Positions 21,329 to 31,078 of a stretch of 64,000 bases of DNA are shown one piece after another; position 1 is the first letter of the stretch, and every line of letters starts with the position of its first letter. Source of the stretch: Dehalococcoidia bacterium (GTDB lineage: Bacteria > Chloroflexota > Dehalococcoidia > Bin125). A program made the position numbers and the translations under genes. A model generated the notes under the pieces. It was not told the origin of the DNA. It made no database searches and worked only from the letters and a program-made list of their open reading frames with translations. The stretch covers positions 1,024,001 to 1,088,000 of the forward strand of contig OY820591.1 of NCBI GenBank assembly GCA_963555985.3, written 5' to 3'.

Positions 21329-22996
21329 TCAGACCTGTACCGCCACTGGTACCACCATAGGGCGCTGGCGAGTCTGTCGGTACAGATATGAGGAAACTTG
21401 TCGCCGCACCTGCTGTTCCAACTGCGTCCACTGCACCGGATGCGCTTCCCGCGATAGCGCTTCTCGCACGGTCTGCGCCGCTCCGTCGCGCAATTCCGGC
21501 GAAGCGTCAAGCTCAGCGAAGCCGCGCCCCACGACTTCGATCTCCCCCGCCAATGTCCCTCGCTGATGATCGATCGGCACCGCAACCAGCACGATCCCGT
21601 CCCCCGCCAGACGTTGGCGATCACGGATGATCGTCTGATCCACCCCGCCCACGTTGAGGCCGTCGACATACACATAATCCGCCGACACTTGGTCGACGAT
21701 CATCGATTGCTTCGACGTCACTTCGAGTACGTCGCCGTCAAGCAGCACGTGACAGGATTCTTCGGGCACGCCCATCGCCATCGCCAACTGCGCGTGACTC
21801 GCTAAGTGTCGGTACTCGCCGTGGATCGGTACAAACGCCCGCGGACTCGTCAGCCCGATCACGGTCTTCAGTTCCTCCTGCGCGGCGTGCCCTCGAACAT
21901 GCACGTATTCGTGACCGCTCCCCACGGACATCACATCCACCCCGCAACGGAAGAGATTGTTGATCGTCTCGTTCACCGCCGCTTCGTTGCCGGGGATCGG
22001 ACTCGACGACAGGATCACCGTGTCGCCCGGCCGCAGCGTCACCTCACGGTGATCGCCTGTCGCCATCCGCGAGAGCGCCGACATCGGCTCGCCCTGGGCG
22101 CCCGTGCAGATGATCACCGTGTTCTCATCCCTCGCCGACCCCAAGTCGCTGATCGGACGTACGCGGCGTTCGTCCGCCCTGACGTATCCCAACCGCCGCG
22201 CCATCTCTAGGTTCTTTTCCATCGATCGGCCGGTCGGAAACACCACCCGATCCGCCTCTTCCGCCCCACTGATGATCTGCTGCACACGCGCGATCTGCGA
22301 TGCGAAAGTTGCAATGATCACTCGCCCCGGCGCAGTCAACAAAATCTGCTCCAGCGCGTCCCCTACCAATGTCTCCGAGTACGTGTGGCCGGGTTTGTCT
22401 GCGTAAGTAGAATCGCTCAACAGCAGCCGCACCCCCTCCTCGCCGTACCCTGCCAACGCTCTGAGATCGGTCGGTGCGCTCATCACCGGCGTGTGATCGA
22501 TCTTAAAATCGCCCGTATGCACCACCAGCCCGGCCGGTGTCCGCAACGCGATCCCGAATGCATCGGGAATCGAATGCGCAACCGGAAAAAACTCCGCGCT
22601 CAGGCTGCCGAACTCGAACTGCGAACCGGCCCCTGCCTGCACCGTCTGCACATCAAGCACGCCCGCCTCTTCCAGCCGCACGCCAATCAGCCCCAGCGCG
22701 AGTGGCGCGGCGTAAATCGGAGCAGGCAGGCGCGGCAGCAGGAATCGCAGCGCCCCAATGTGATCCTCATGCCCATGCGTGATCAGGTACCCACGCAGCT
22801 TCTCCCGCCGCTCCTCCACATAACGCGCGTCCGGGATGATGTAGTCCACCCCGTGCATCTCTTCGGAAGGAAACAATAGGCCCGCATCGACGATCACGAG
22901 ATCGTCGGCTGTCTCGAAGACCATCATGTTGCGACCGATGTTCCCCAACCCGCCCAAAGGGACGACGCGCAGCGCGCCGTGTGGAACCTCAGTCAC
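21329..22996 (-). CDS. rnj: Ribonuclease J
   Basis: PLGGLGNIGRNM, THGHEDHIG, HSIPD, HTGDFK, GAQGEP, PIHGEYRH. Confidence 0.96.
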   Translation of the reverse strand: MTEVPHGALRVVPLGGLGNIGRNMMVFETADDLVIVDAGLLFPSEEMHGVDYIIPDARYVEERREKLRGYLITHGHEDHIGALRFLLPRLPAPIYAAPLALGLIGVRLEEAGVLDVQTVQAGAGSQFEFGSLSAEFFPVAHSIPDAFGIALRTPAGLVVHTGDFKIDHTPVMSAPTDLRALAGYGEEGVRLLLSDSTYADKPGHTYSETLVGDALEQILLTAPGRVIIATFASQIARVQQIISGAEEADRVVFPTGRSMEKNLEMARRLGYVRADERRVRPISDLGSARDENTVIICTGAQGEPMSALSRMATGDHREVTLRPGDTVILSSSPIPGNEAAVNETINNLFRCGVDVMSVGSGHEYVHVRGHAAQEELKTVIGLTSPRAFVPIHGEYRHLASHAQLAMAMGVPEESCHVLLDGDVLEVTSKQSMIVDQVSADYVYVDGLNVGGVDQTIIRDRQRLAGDGIVLVAVPIDHQRGTLAGEIEVVGRGFAELDASPELRDGAAQTVREALSREAHPVQWTQLEQQVRRQVSSYLYRQTRQRPMVVPVAVQV

Positions 22997-23047
22997 AAGT
23001 CGCTCCTTCGTCGATCTGCGCGGACGCGCCAGATGATATGTCCACAG

Positions 23048-23713
23048 TCACAACAGCGAGAGCTGCGTGCCCTGTTCGTCATCGTCGCCGTCCTCAGCCC
23101 TGCCCTCTCCTCTGAACAGCGTGTGCTGGTGCGGGTGCGACGGCCCCGCGGGCGGACGCTCCGCCGCCGCGAGCAAGCCCGGGATCTGTGCGAAGTCTGC
23201 CCGTATCGTGTCCAACAGCGAGCGCTGGCGAAGCGCAGCCGCAGGGTGATAGACCGGGAAAATCAGCTGCTGTCCCGCCCACACCGCCTGCCCCCGTGAA
23301 CGCCCCATCGTTGCGCCGGGAAGAAAATACTGAGTTGCAAACCGACCCAACGGCACGATCAGCTTCGGCCGAATCCCCTCGATCTGTTCCCGCAGATAGA
23401 CCTCGCACGACGCGATCTCGTCGACCATCGGGTCGCGGTTATTCGGCGGTCGGCACTTGACTACGTTGGCCACGAACACCTCAGGCCGCGATAGCCCGAT
23501 CCCCGCCAACAGCTCGTCAAGCAGCTTCCCCGCCGGACCGACGAATGGACGCCCCTGGCGGTCCTCGTGAAACCCGGGACCTTCCCCGATGAACATCAGC
23601 TCCGCGTTCGGATCGCCATCGCCCGGCACCGTCTGCGTTCGACCCTGGGCTAGGCGGCAGGCCGTACAGCCTGCGATCCGCGCGTTCAGCAGTTCCAGTA
23701 CTTCGAAGTCCAT
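23048..23713 (-). CDS. Family 4 uracil-DNA glycosylase
   Basis: CTAC, GEGPG..ED..GRPFVG, NVVKCRPPNNR, YHPAA. Confidence 0.95.
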   Translation of the reverse strand: MDFEVLELLNARIAGCTACRLAQGRTQTVPGDGDPNAELMFIGEGPGFHEDRQGRPFVGPAGKLLDELLAGIGLSRPEVFVANVVKCRPPNNRDPMVDEIASCEVYLREQIEGIRPKLIVPLGRFATQYFLPGATMGRSRGQAVWAGQQLIFPVYHPAAALRQRSLLDTIRADFAQIPGLLAAAERPPAGPSHPHQHTLFRGEGRAEDGDDDEQGTQLSLL

Positions 23714-23734
23714 GAGCCAGCTTCCGCTCTCACT

Positions 23735-24613
23735 CTACGACGCGCCGCTCGACGCTCGGGAAGCGTCTGCTTCCTCGTCCTCATCATCATCGAGATCGCT
23801 CTCGATCACTGGGATCAACGTCCGTTTCTCCACCAGCCGCACCAGAATGATCCCAAGCGCGTAGAGACCCAGCGTCGGAACCGCCACAAACGTCTGCGTC
23901 ACCGGGTCGATCGACGGAGTGATCAATGCCGCCAGCAGGAACGATCCAATGATCGCCCAACGCCAGAACCCCATCAGGCGCCGCGAATTCACCAGCCCGA
24001 GCGCCCCGAGACCCATCAGGAACAGCGGCAACTCGAAGACAATCCCCGTCCAGAACACGAATCGAGTCAGCATGTCGATATAGTTGTTGATCCGCACCTG
24101 TGGCTCCGCAAGCTCCTGACCGAAGTTGAGCAGAAAGCCGAGCGCAGGCGGCCAACCGATGAAAAACGCGAACGCCCCGCCGCAAGCGAACGCGACCGTC
24201 GCCAGTGCCACGACCGGCAGAATCCACTTTTGCTCTTCGCGCGTGAGCCCAGGGTGGATAAATGCGTAAATCTGATAGACGATCACCGGCATCGCCCCGG
24301 CCACGCCGAGCATCAACGAGATCTTGATGTACGCCCCTACGAACCCAAGCAGCTCGGTGTAGATCGGGCGAAACTCAGGGAACGCCTCCCGCCCCGGCTC
24401 GAGCAGGTAGTCCAGGATCGTCGAAGCGAAGACCAACGTCACCACAGTCGTCAGCACGACCGTCAGCACGCTGATCGTCAGTCGCTGACGAATCTCGTTG
24501 AGGTGTTCGCCGAGCGTCAGTTCCGCGCCCTCGGGACCTGTCGGCGGTTCCTCCTCCAGCGCTGGAGGCAGTGGCGGCTCGTCCGGCGGTTGTGCAATCG
24601 GTTGGCTGACCAT
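23735..24613 (-). CDS. tatC: Twin-arginine translocase TatC
   Basis: HLNEIRQRL, FIHPGL..EE, FELP, ITPS.DP; 6 TM segments. Confidence 0.95.
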   Translation of the reverse strand: MVSQPIAQPPDEPPLPPALEEEPPTGPEGAELTLGEHLNEIRQRLTISVLTVVLTTVVTLVFASTILDYLLEPGREAFPEFRPIYTELLGFVGAYIKISLMLGVAGAMPVIVYQIYAFIHPGLTREEQKWILPVVALATVAFACGGAFAFFIGWPPALGFLLNFGQELAEPQVRINNYIDMLTRFVFWTGIVFELPLFLMGLGALGLVNSRRLMGFWRWAIIGSFLLAALITPSIDPVTQTFVAVPTLGLYALGIILVRLVEKRTLIPVIESDLDDDEDEEADASRASSGAS

Positions 24614-24631
24614 CGCCTGCGATCCGCCCGC

Positions 24632-25219
24632 TTACTCGGCCCGTCGGCGTCGGTTCAGCGAAATCACATTAGACGGTCGTGCAGGCGCCGCTTCCACGTC
24701 CGTCTCTCGCTCCTCCCGCGCCGTTCCCGCCGCCGCCCGTCGCGGCCTCACCACCGGCCGCCGTCGCGTTCGCCGAACTCGGCGAGTCTCACTACCTTCG
24801 GCCGCCGCCATTCTCGCCTCCCCGCTGCCGCTCGCACTCTGTCCCGCGCCGTTCGCGCTGACCGATGCCTCGGCCGTCTGACGAGGCGGCAGTTCATCCT
24901 TGGCCGCCTCAATTGCCTCTTCCGTCATTGTCTCGGCATCCCGCACCGCCGACCGCACATCCGCCTCAGCCGCCGCCAGGTCGGCGCGAATATCCGCGTC
25001 GATCTGCTCCAACTCGAAGCGCTGCTCGATGAACTCCTCGCGCACTTCCTCGAAATCGGTCAGGTACTCGTCGCGAAAATCACGCGCATACTCGCGCAAT
25101 TCGCGGATCGCGCGCCCGAACTGGCCCGCAATCTCGGGCAGCTTGCCCGGCCCGAAGATCACGGCTGCCAGAAGCAACACCACCAGAATTTCCGGGATGC
25201 CGACGCCGAAGATGTTCAT
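24632..25219 (-). CDS. tatB: Twin-arginine translocase TatA/TatB subunit (TatB-like)
   Basis: FGVGIPEILVVLLLAAVIFGPGKLPE followed by an amphipathic helix and long tail; directly upstream of tatC. Confidence 0.8.
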   Translation of the reverse strand: MNIFGVGIPEILVVLLLAAVIFGPGKLPEIAGQFGRAIRELREYARDFRDEYLTDFEEVREEFIEQRFELEQIDADIRADLAAAEADVRSAVRDAETMTEEAIEAAKDELPPRQTAEASVSANGAGQSASGSGEARMAAAEGSETRRVRRTRRRPVVRPRRAAAGTAREERETDVEAAPARPSNVISLNRRRRAE

Positions 25220-25262
25220 CCGCGCCAGCGTACCCGATCAGCCGCCCAATGCGACTCGACCG

Positions 25263-25520
25263 TTATCCCTCGCCCACGCCTTTGCTCTTGAGGAAATCGA
25301 TCGCATCCTGCACCGTCGCAATTCCCTCAGCGTCCTCGTCCGAGATCTCCAAATCCGGCACTTCGTCGCGGAATTCGTCTTCGAACGACATAATCAGCTC
25401 GACCAGATCCAGCGAGTCGGCGCCGAGATCGTCGACAAACGACGCCTCGGGGATCACGTCATCGGGTTCGGCCGACAACTGATCGACGATGATCTCTTTG
25501 ATGCGGTCAAACAGTGCCAC
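25263..25520 (-). CDS. acpP: Acyl carrier protein
   Basis: [14 protein letters not shown] phosphopantetheine motif. Confidence 0.97.
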   Translation of the reverse strand: MALFDRIKEIIVDQLSAEPDDVIPEASFVDDLGADSLDLVELIMSFEDEFRDEVPDLEISDEDAEGIATVQDAIDFLKSKGVGEG

Positions 25521-25570
25521 GCAAATCGCCTCCGCTGTTGGTTGTCGTCCTGGGTTGTGTTTGAATCGCT

Positions 25571-26104
25571 TCAGCCAAGCTGGTCGTCGCGACTCGTCTC
25601 TCCCTCGCTCGCGGCTGGCGCGTCCGCCGTAGGCTGAGATGCCGACGGCGCATCGGCCACGAGACGCGTGCGGCTGATCGTGCCCAGCACGCCGCTCACC
25701 AAACGGCGGCTGCCGTCGCCCCCGAAGCGTTTCGCCAATTCCACCGCCTGCCGCACGGCGGTGTTCGGGCGCACACGGCCATTATTGAAGAGCATCTCCC
25801 ACAGCGCAATCCGCAGCACCGTCAAATCGACCAGCGCCATCTGATCCAGCGGACGCCGAGCCGCAGTCGCGCGGATCAGTCCGTCCAGTTCCGCCCGGCG
25901 CGATTCGACTCCGGCGACCAGCTCACGCGCCCGCGCTCCCGCCTCATCCGCAAGCGGCGTGACCGCTTCAGACCGTTGAAGCGCGGCCTCCGCTTCGCAA
26001 TATCCAAACTCTGCCTCAAACAGCGCACAGAACGCCCGCACTCGTGGATCGTGCGTAGCGTCGGGCCGGATCGCCGCTCTGCGCTTCGTGCCGTTACCCG
26101 CCAA
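25571..26104 (-). CDS. nusB: Transcription antitermination factor NusB
   Basis: [29 protein letters not shown]. Start uncertain. Confidence 0.88.
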   Translation of the reverse strand: MAGNGTKRRAAIRPDATHDPRVRAFCALFEAEFGYCEAEAALQRSEAVTPLADEAGARARELVAGVESRRAELDGLIRATAARRPLDQMALVDLTVLRIALWEMLFNNGRVRPNTAVRQAVELAKRFGGDGSRRLVSGVLGTISRTRLVADAPSASQPTADAPAASEGETSRDDQLG

Positions 26105-27017
26105 GACTCTGCAAATCGTTGATGTTGACCAGCGTGGGCCGCTCGCGCCGTAACGTCGTCCGCGTCAGACCGGTCAGCACCGTGCCGGGCCCCATCTCCA
26201 CCCATGTATCCACACCCAGTTCATGCATCCGCAGCACCGTATCCCGCCAGCGCACCGGCCGCCGAATCTGCGCAGTCAAATCCGCCCGTACTTCCTCCGC
26301 CGTGCTCAGCGCCGTCGCTTCGACATTGCCGATCACCGTGACCTGCGGATCGGCGATCTCTGCTTCAGCCAGCACTGGAGCCATCGCTTCCGCAGCCGGT
26401 GTCATCAAAGACGTATGAAACGCCCCGCCGACGCGCAACCGCACCACTCGCCGCGCGCCCCGCTCCTCCGCCAGCGTCGCCGCGCGTTCCACCGCATCCG
26501 GATTGCCGCCGATCACGATCTGGCCCGTCGCATTGAGATTGCAGACCTCAGCGCCCGCTTCCGTACATACCGCTTCAACCTCGTCCTCTTCCATCCCCAG
26601 CACCGCCGCGAGCGTGCCCGGATTCTGCTCCCCGGCCGCCTGCATCAGTTCGCCCCGGCGTGCGACCAGCCGCACCGCCTCAGAGACTGTCAGCGAGCCC
26701 GCCGCAACCAGCGCCGTGTACTCGCCCATGCTGTGCCCGGCCGTAGCCAGTGGCGGCGCTGTCACCGCCTCATGTCCGCTCGCCTGCGCCGCCCGCCACG
26801 CCGCAAGACTCGCAACCAGAATGCCCGGCTGCGTGTTCACCGTCTGGCGCAGCTCCTCCTCGGGGCCCTCAAACACGATCCGCGACAAGGAGCGCCCCAG
26901 CGCCGCGTCGGCTTCATCGAACACGGCCGCCGCTTCGGGGAAAGCGTCGTACAAGTCGCGCGCCATCCCCACCTGCTGTGCGCCCTGACCGGGAAACAAC
27001 CAGGCGATGCCGGCCAT
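26094..27017 (-). CDS. fabD: Malonyl-CoA:ACP transacylase
   Basis: LFPGQGAQ, TQP, GHSMGEY, GAFHT, PVRW. Confidence 0.96.
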   Translation of the reverse strand: MAGIAWLFPGQGAQQVGMARDLYDAFPEAAAVFDEADAALGRSLSRIVFEGPEEELRQTVNTQPGILVASLAAWRAAQASGHEAVTAPPLATAGHSMGEYTALVAAGSLTVSEAVRLVARRGELMQAAGEQNPGTLAAVLGMEEDEVEAVCTEAGAEVCNLNATGQIVIGGNPDAVERAATLAEERGARRVVRLRVGGAFHTSLMTPAAEAMAPVLAEAEIADPQVTVIGNVEATALSTAEEVRADLTAQIRRPVRWRDTVLRMHELGVDTWVEMGPGTVLTGLTRTTLRRERPTLVNINDLQSLGG

Positions 27018-27020
27018 CGG

Positions 27021-27203
27021 CTACTCCTCAACCTCGACCACAGTCCGGCCGCGGTACGTGCCGCAAGACCAGCAGATGTGATGCGCCTGATGGGTCTCGT
27101 TGCATTCCGGACAGGTCACCAACTTGGGTCGGCGCACCCGGTGATGCTGCCGGCGCAGACGTTGGCGTGTCTTCGCATACTTGCGCTTCGGAAGCGGGGG
27201 CAT
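27021..27203 (-). CDS. rpmF: 50S ribosomal protein L32
   Basis: PLPKRK..KTR..LRR, CPEC...HHICWSCGTYRGR. Confidence 0.96.
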   Translation of the reverse strand: MPPLPKRKYAKTRQRLRRQHHRVRRPKLVTCPECNETHQAHHICWSCGTYRGRTVVEVEE

Positions 27204-27302
27204 CGTTCTACCTCTCTCCCGCGCCGCGCCGCCGGTGCAACGGCGCTGCGCTCCGTCTGTTCAGTGTCGTCGGGAACTCTCGCCCACGGTACTCGTTCGA
27301 CG

Positions 27303-27851
27303 CTATTCGCCCAGTTCCCTACGCAACGCCGCCAGCGCCGCCCAGCGCGCGTCGGGCAGGGGATCGCTGGCCGATTCGTCCGCGCCCATGCCGGGACAGG
27401 TCGGGCCGCAACGCGGACTCATGGGACGCGCCATCTCAACATATTGTCGCACAGCCTCTGTCAAGTCGATCTGGCCGTCGGCGACGGCAAACCCTTCCCG
27501 CTCCGGCGGCGGCTCCAGTCTCATTCCGCTTACCGGATCGGACGGCGGCCAAAACTCTTCGTCGAACGCGATCCGCAACGCCGCTGGCGTCTCTTCGAGG
27601 CAACCCCCGCAAATTTCCGGCACGATCGTCGAAATCCGCGCCGTAGCCAAGATCGAGTGATCGGTGCGCAACAGGCGCAGGTCGCCGTTCAGCGGCGAAT
27701 CCGCTCCCAGCGGTGCGCAAGTCGCATCGTCCAGTGCGTAGTGGCGCACCGAACCAATCGACTCTTGCAGAAGCGTCGACACGTTGATCAACAAGGAATT
27801 CGTGCGTCGCGCCGCCTGCGATCGGGCAGAACTCACACTGTCCTTCATCAC
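27303..27851 (-). CDS. DUF177/YceD family protein
   Basis: CGGCL, IDLTEAVRQ, PM.P.C...C.G, DARWAAL; canonical position before rpmF. Confidence 0.88.
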   Translation of the reverse strand: MMKDSVSSARSQAARRTNSLLINVSTLLQESIGSVRHYALDDATCAPLGADSPLNGDLRLLRTDHSILATARISTIVPEICGGCLEETPAALRIAFDEEFWPPSDPVSGMRLEPPPEREGFAVADGQIDLTEAVRQYVEMARPMSPRCGPTCPGMGADESASDPLPDARWAALAALRRELGE

Positions 27852-28007
27852 CTCAGCCTATCAGCGCAGCGCTATGTGCAGCGCCGCTTCCGGCTCGCAA
27901 AGGCCGCCCCGGATCGTCAAACTGAACTTGGGTCCGTTGGCGCTCACGGAACGCAGACATACACTCAGAACAGCACCGCCACCCGCCCAACGAAATCGAG
28001 CGTCGAT

Positions 28008-28703
28008 ATGGATCTTGAGGGGATGCAGCAGCTTCAGGAAATCGACATCCGCCGCGACGAGGCGCTCCGTGAGCATCGCTCGATCGATGACCAGATCATG
28101 CCGGCCCCCTTCATCGAGACGCTGGAAACAGAGCTCGGGGAACAGGAAGCGCTCCACGCTCGCGCGAGCGACGCCTTGCGCGAAGCTCGAGCTCACAGTC
28201 AAACCGCCCAGCGCCGGATCGAAGCGACCGACCAACGCATCTACAGCGGCTCCGTCACCGACCACCGCACCCTCTCCCAACTCCAGGCCGATCTCTACGC
28301 CCAGCGCCAGCAGTTGCCAACTCTTGAAGATGCAGCGCTCAATGCAGAGATCACCGTCCAGGACAACGCCGAAGCCATCGTCTGGCTGCGCCAGTTGCGT
28401 CAACGCGCTCTCGATCACTGGGAAGAGCGCCAGCGCGAGCTGCGCTCCCAACGCGGCGAAATCCAGGACCGCCTGGACGAGCTCCAGGCCGAGGTCGACC
28501 AGCATCGCGCCCGCCTCAGCGCTGGTGACCTCCAGACCTACGATCTCTACCGTCGCCGCCGGCCGCGCGTCGTCGCCTCCGTTATCGGCGGCGTCTGCTC
28601 AGAGTGTCGCCTCTCGCTGCCGACCATGGTGATCACCCGCGCTCGGCGCGGCAACCGGCCAATCGAATGTCCCGCCTGCCACTGTTTAGTGCGGGTCGCC
28701 TGA
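28008..28703 (+). CDS. Coiled-coil protein with C4-type zinc ribbon (DUF164-like)
   Basis: LQEID start, long coiled coil, CSEC...CPAC; only the 3' part of ORF 26223..28703 is credible. Confidence 0.85.
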   Translation: MDLEGMQQLQEIDIRRDEALREHRSIDDQIMPAPFIETLETELGEQEALHARASDALREARAHSQTAQRRIEATDQRIYSGSVTDHRTLSQLQADLYAQRQQLPTLEDAALNAEITVQDNAEAIVWLRQLRQRALDHWEERQRELRSQRGEIQDRLDELQAEVDQHRARLSAGDLQTYDLYRRRRPRVVASVIGGVCSECRLSLPTMVITRARRGNRPIECPACHCLVRVA

Positions 28704-28716
28704 CGCGGAGGCAAGC

Positions 28717-30204
28717 ATGCGGGCGATCGGCTATCTCAGCCAACTCGCTGGACCCGATCACCCGCACAGCCCCAATCTCGCTGAACAGAACGCTCGATTC
28801 CTCGATTTCTGTACCCAACGGGGATACCAGCCCACTGCCACTTTCCTCGATACTCGCGCCGAATCCACTCAGCAGAATCAGGGCGCTGGCGGAGACACGC
28901 CCTGCAACGGCCTCGAGCAGTTGCTCCGTCATCTCAGCGAACTCGATCCGGGCTTCACCATCGTCGTCGTGCAGAGCTTCGCCCATCTCGCGCCCGACGC
29001 GACCCAGGCCGTCCGCGCCGTCCTCCAACTCCGCGCTCGTGGCGCTCAAGTCATCTCGCTGGACGACGGCGCGCTCGATGAAACCGAACTCCCGCAACTC
29101 TGGCGCAACGCGCTCAGCAGCGGTCCCCAGAGTCAACGCGGACAGGAGCGCCGACAGCGAATGCGCGACCGCGCCGAACGCGGAGAAGCGGTCGGACGCA
29201 CCCCCTACGGCTACGAGGTCGGACCCGATGGCCGCTACCGAATCAACGACCACGAGGCTGATGTGGTCCGCCTGATCTTCCGCCTCTACCTCCAGGACGA
29301 TCTCGGAATCCGGCGTATTGCCCAACGCCTCAATCGCGCCGGCTACCAGACCCGGCGCGGGCGCCACTGGAGCATGATCAGCATCCGCGATCTACTGCTC
29401 AACCCCGTCTACATCGGTCAATACGAGAAGCTCGGCTTCAGCGTCGCCGATAATCATCCCGCAATCATCACCCGCAAGGATTTCGGCGCGGTTGCCCAAC
29501 GCATGGAGCAGCGCCGCACCGCGCCGGGCGAGGGTCAGCGCGGACAGTTCCTGCTTGCCGGTCTGGTCTGGTGCGGCGAGAGCGGCGCGCGCATGATCGG
29601 CGTCACCCGCAGACAACGCTGGCGCAAGGCGGACGGAGAGACAGCCGCAGCCGTCTACCGCTACTACCAGAGCGAAGATCGCACCAATCGCTCCGTCGGT
29701 GAGTATCACACTCGACGCGCGGACGAACTCGAAGCCGAAGTCCTGGAGCATCTCCGCAGCGGCGTCAACGGCAGCGCCCCTGCCCCCGCGATCCTCTCGC
29801 TCAACGCCGATCCCGCCGCGGCGGACACGCTCGCCGCCGAAACAGCGGCGGCAGTGACCCGCGCCGAGTCCCGCCGCCGCAGTCTCGACCGCCGGCTCGC
29901 CCAACTCCTGGAGTCCGCCTCTGCTGAGCCGGAGCAACAAGACCACGCCCAGCTGCTCCGAGACGATGCCGCCGCAATCGTCCGCGAGTGGGAAGCCGCC
30001 CACGAAGACCTCACTCGCCTCCGTCGCCGCGTCGCCGCGCAGCAGCTCGAAGCCGAACGCCAACGCCAGCACCAACGCCGCCTGCAACGCCTGCGCGAGC
30101 AGTGGGACGAACTCGACTTCGACCAGCAGCGCGACCTACTCGGCCAACTCGTAGACCAGATCATCGTCTTCGACCACCGCATCCAAACCGTCCTCCGCGC
30201 CTGA
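28717..30204 (+). CDS. Large serine recombinase family protein with degenerate catalytic domain
   Basis: Recombinase domain (PYGY, EA.VVR.IF.LY, IA..LN, W....I..LL.NPVYIG, HPAII), LLAGLVWC ribbon remnant, coiled coil; YxRxS and DRxxR are absent. Confidence 0.85.
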   Translation: MRAIGYLSQLAGPDHPHSPNLAEQNARFLDFCTQRGYQPTATFLDTRAESTQQNQGAGGDTPCNGLEQLLRHLSELDPGFTIVVVQSFAHLAPDATQAVRAVLQLRARGAQVISLDDGALDETELPQLWRNALSSGPQSQRGQERRQRMRDRAERGEAVGRTPYGYEVGPDGRYRINDHEADVVRLIFRLYLQDDLGIRRIAQRLNRAGYQTRRGRHWSMISIRDLLLNPVYIGQYEKLGFSVADNHPAIITRKDFGAVAQRMEQRRTAPGEGQRGQFLLAGLVWCGESGARMIGVTRRQRWRKADGETAAAVYRYYQSEDRTNRSVGEYHTRRADELEAEVLEHLRSGVNGSAPAPAILSLNADPAAADTLAAETAAAVTRAESRRRSLDRRLAQLLESASAEPEQQDHAQLLRDDAAAIVREWEAAHEDLTRLRRRVAAQQLEAERQRQHQRRLQRLREQWDELDFDQQRDLLGQLVDQIIVFDHRIQTVLRA

Positions 30205-30240
30205 GCCAACGCATCGCACACCGCCGACTACCCTGCCCCT

Positions 30241-30639
30241 ATGCGACTCATCGCCTACGCCGACGGCGCCTCACGAGGCAATCCCGGTCCCGCTGCCTAC
30301 GGCGCCGTCCTGTGCGACCAGAACGAGCGCGAACTGGACGCCTGGGGCAACGCGATCGGACAGGCCACCAACAACATCGCCGAATACCACGGCGCGCTGG
30401 CCGCCGTCGAAGCCGCCCTCGAACGCGGCGCGACCGAACTGGAGCTCCGCCTCGACTCCGAACTGATCGTCCGCCAGCTCGAGGGCCGCTACCGCGTCCG
30501 CAACCAAGCTCTCAAGCCGCTCTATGAACAGCTCTCCAATCTGATCGAGCAACTGGAGACCTTCCGCCCCGTCCACGTCCGCCGCGAGTTCAACCGCCGC
30601 GCCGACGCCCTCGCCAATGAAGCCCTCGATCGATCCTGA
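30241..30639 (+). CDS. rnhA: Ribonuclease HI
   Basis: YADGASRGNPG, TNNIAEY, DSELIVRQ, HVRREFN.RADALAN. Confidence 0.95.
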   Translation: MRLIAYADGASRGNPGPAAYGAVLCDQNERELDAWGNAIGQATNNIAEYHGALAAVEAALERGATELELRLDSELIVRQLEGRYRVRNQALKPLYEQLSNLIEQLETFRPVHVRREFNRRADALANEALDRS

Positions 30640-30656
30640 GCCTGCCCCGTTACAGT

Positions 30657-31056
30657 GAATTGCGCCAGGCCGCCGGGCGGTCGCGGTCTTCGACTTGATC
30701 GGGGATCGAGGAAAGTCCGGGCTCCACGGGACAGGGCGCTGGGTAACTCCCAGGCAGCGCGAGCTGACGGAAAGCGCACAGAAACACACCGCCTACCCGT
30801 TCGACCACGCGCTTCCCTTGTGGCGGACGGCGGTAAGGGTGAGATGGTGCGGTAAGAGCGCACCAGCGGTCGGGCGACCGGCCGGCTGAGCAAGCCCCGC
30901 CCGGAGCAAGACCAAATAGAGAGGCCACGGCGTGTCCCGCGCCGCCTCCGGGTAGGTCGCAAGAGGCGGCGGGCAACCGCCGCCCCAGATGGATGATCGC
31001 CGCCCGATGCACAACCATCGGGAACAGAACCCGGCTTACAGGCGGCCTGGCAATTC
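30657..31056 (+). ncRNA. rnpB: RNase P RNA (type A)
   Basis: GAGGAAAGTCCGGGCTCC, GGTGCGGTAAGAGCGCACC, GAGCAAGACCAAATAG, ACAGAACCCGGCTTA; P1 pairing of GCCAGGCCGCC with GGCGGCCTGGC. Confidence 0.97.
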
Positions 31057-31078
31057 CGACTCCTAAGGACGGGCGGCG

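Noticed and set aside
26223-28007. 5' part of the 826-aa ORF
   Set aside because: Antisense to fabD, rpmF and DUF177; only 28008-28703 looks like a real protein.
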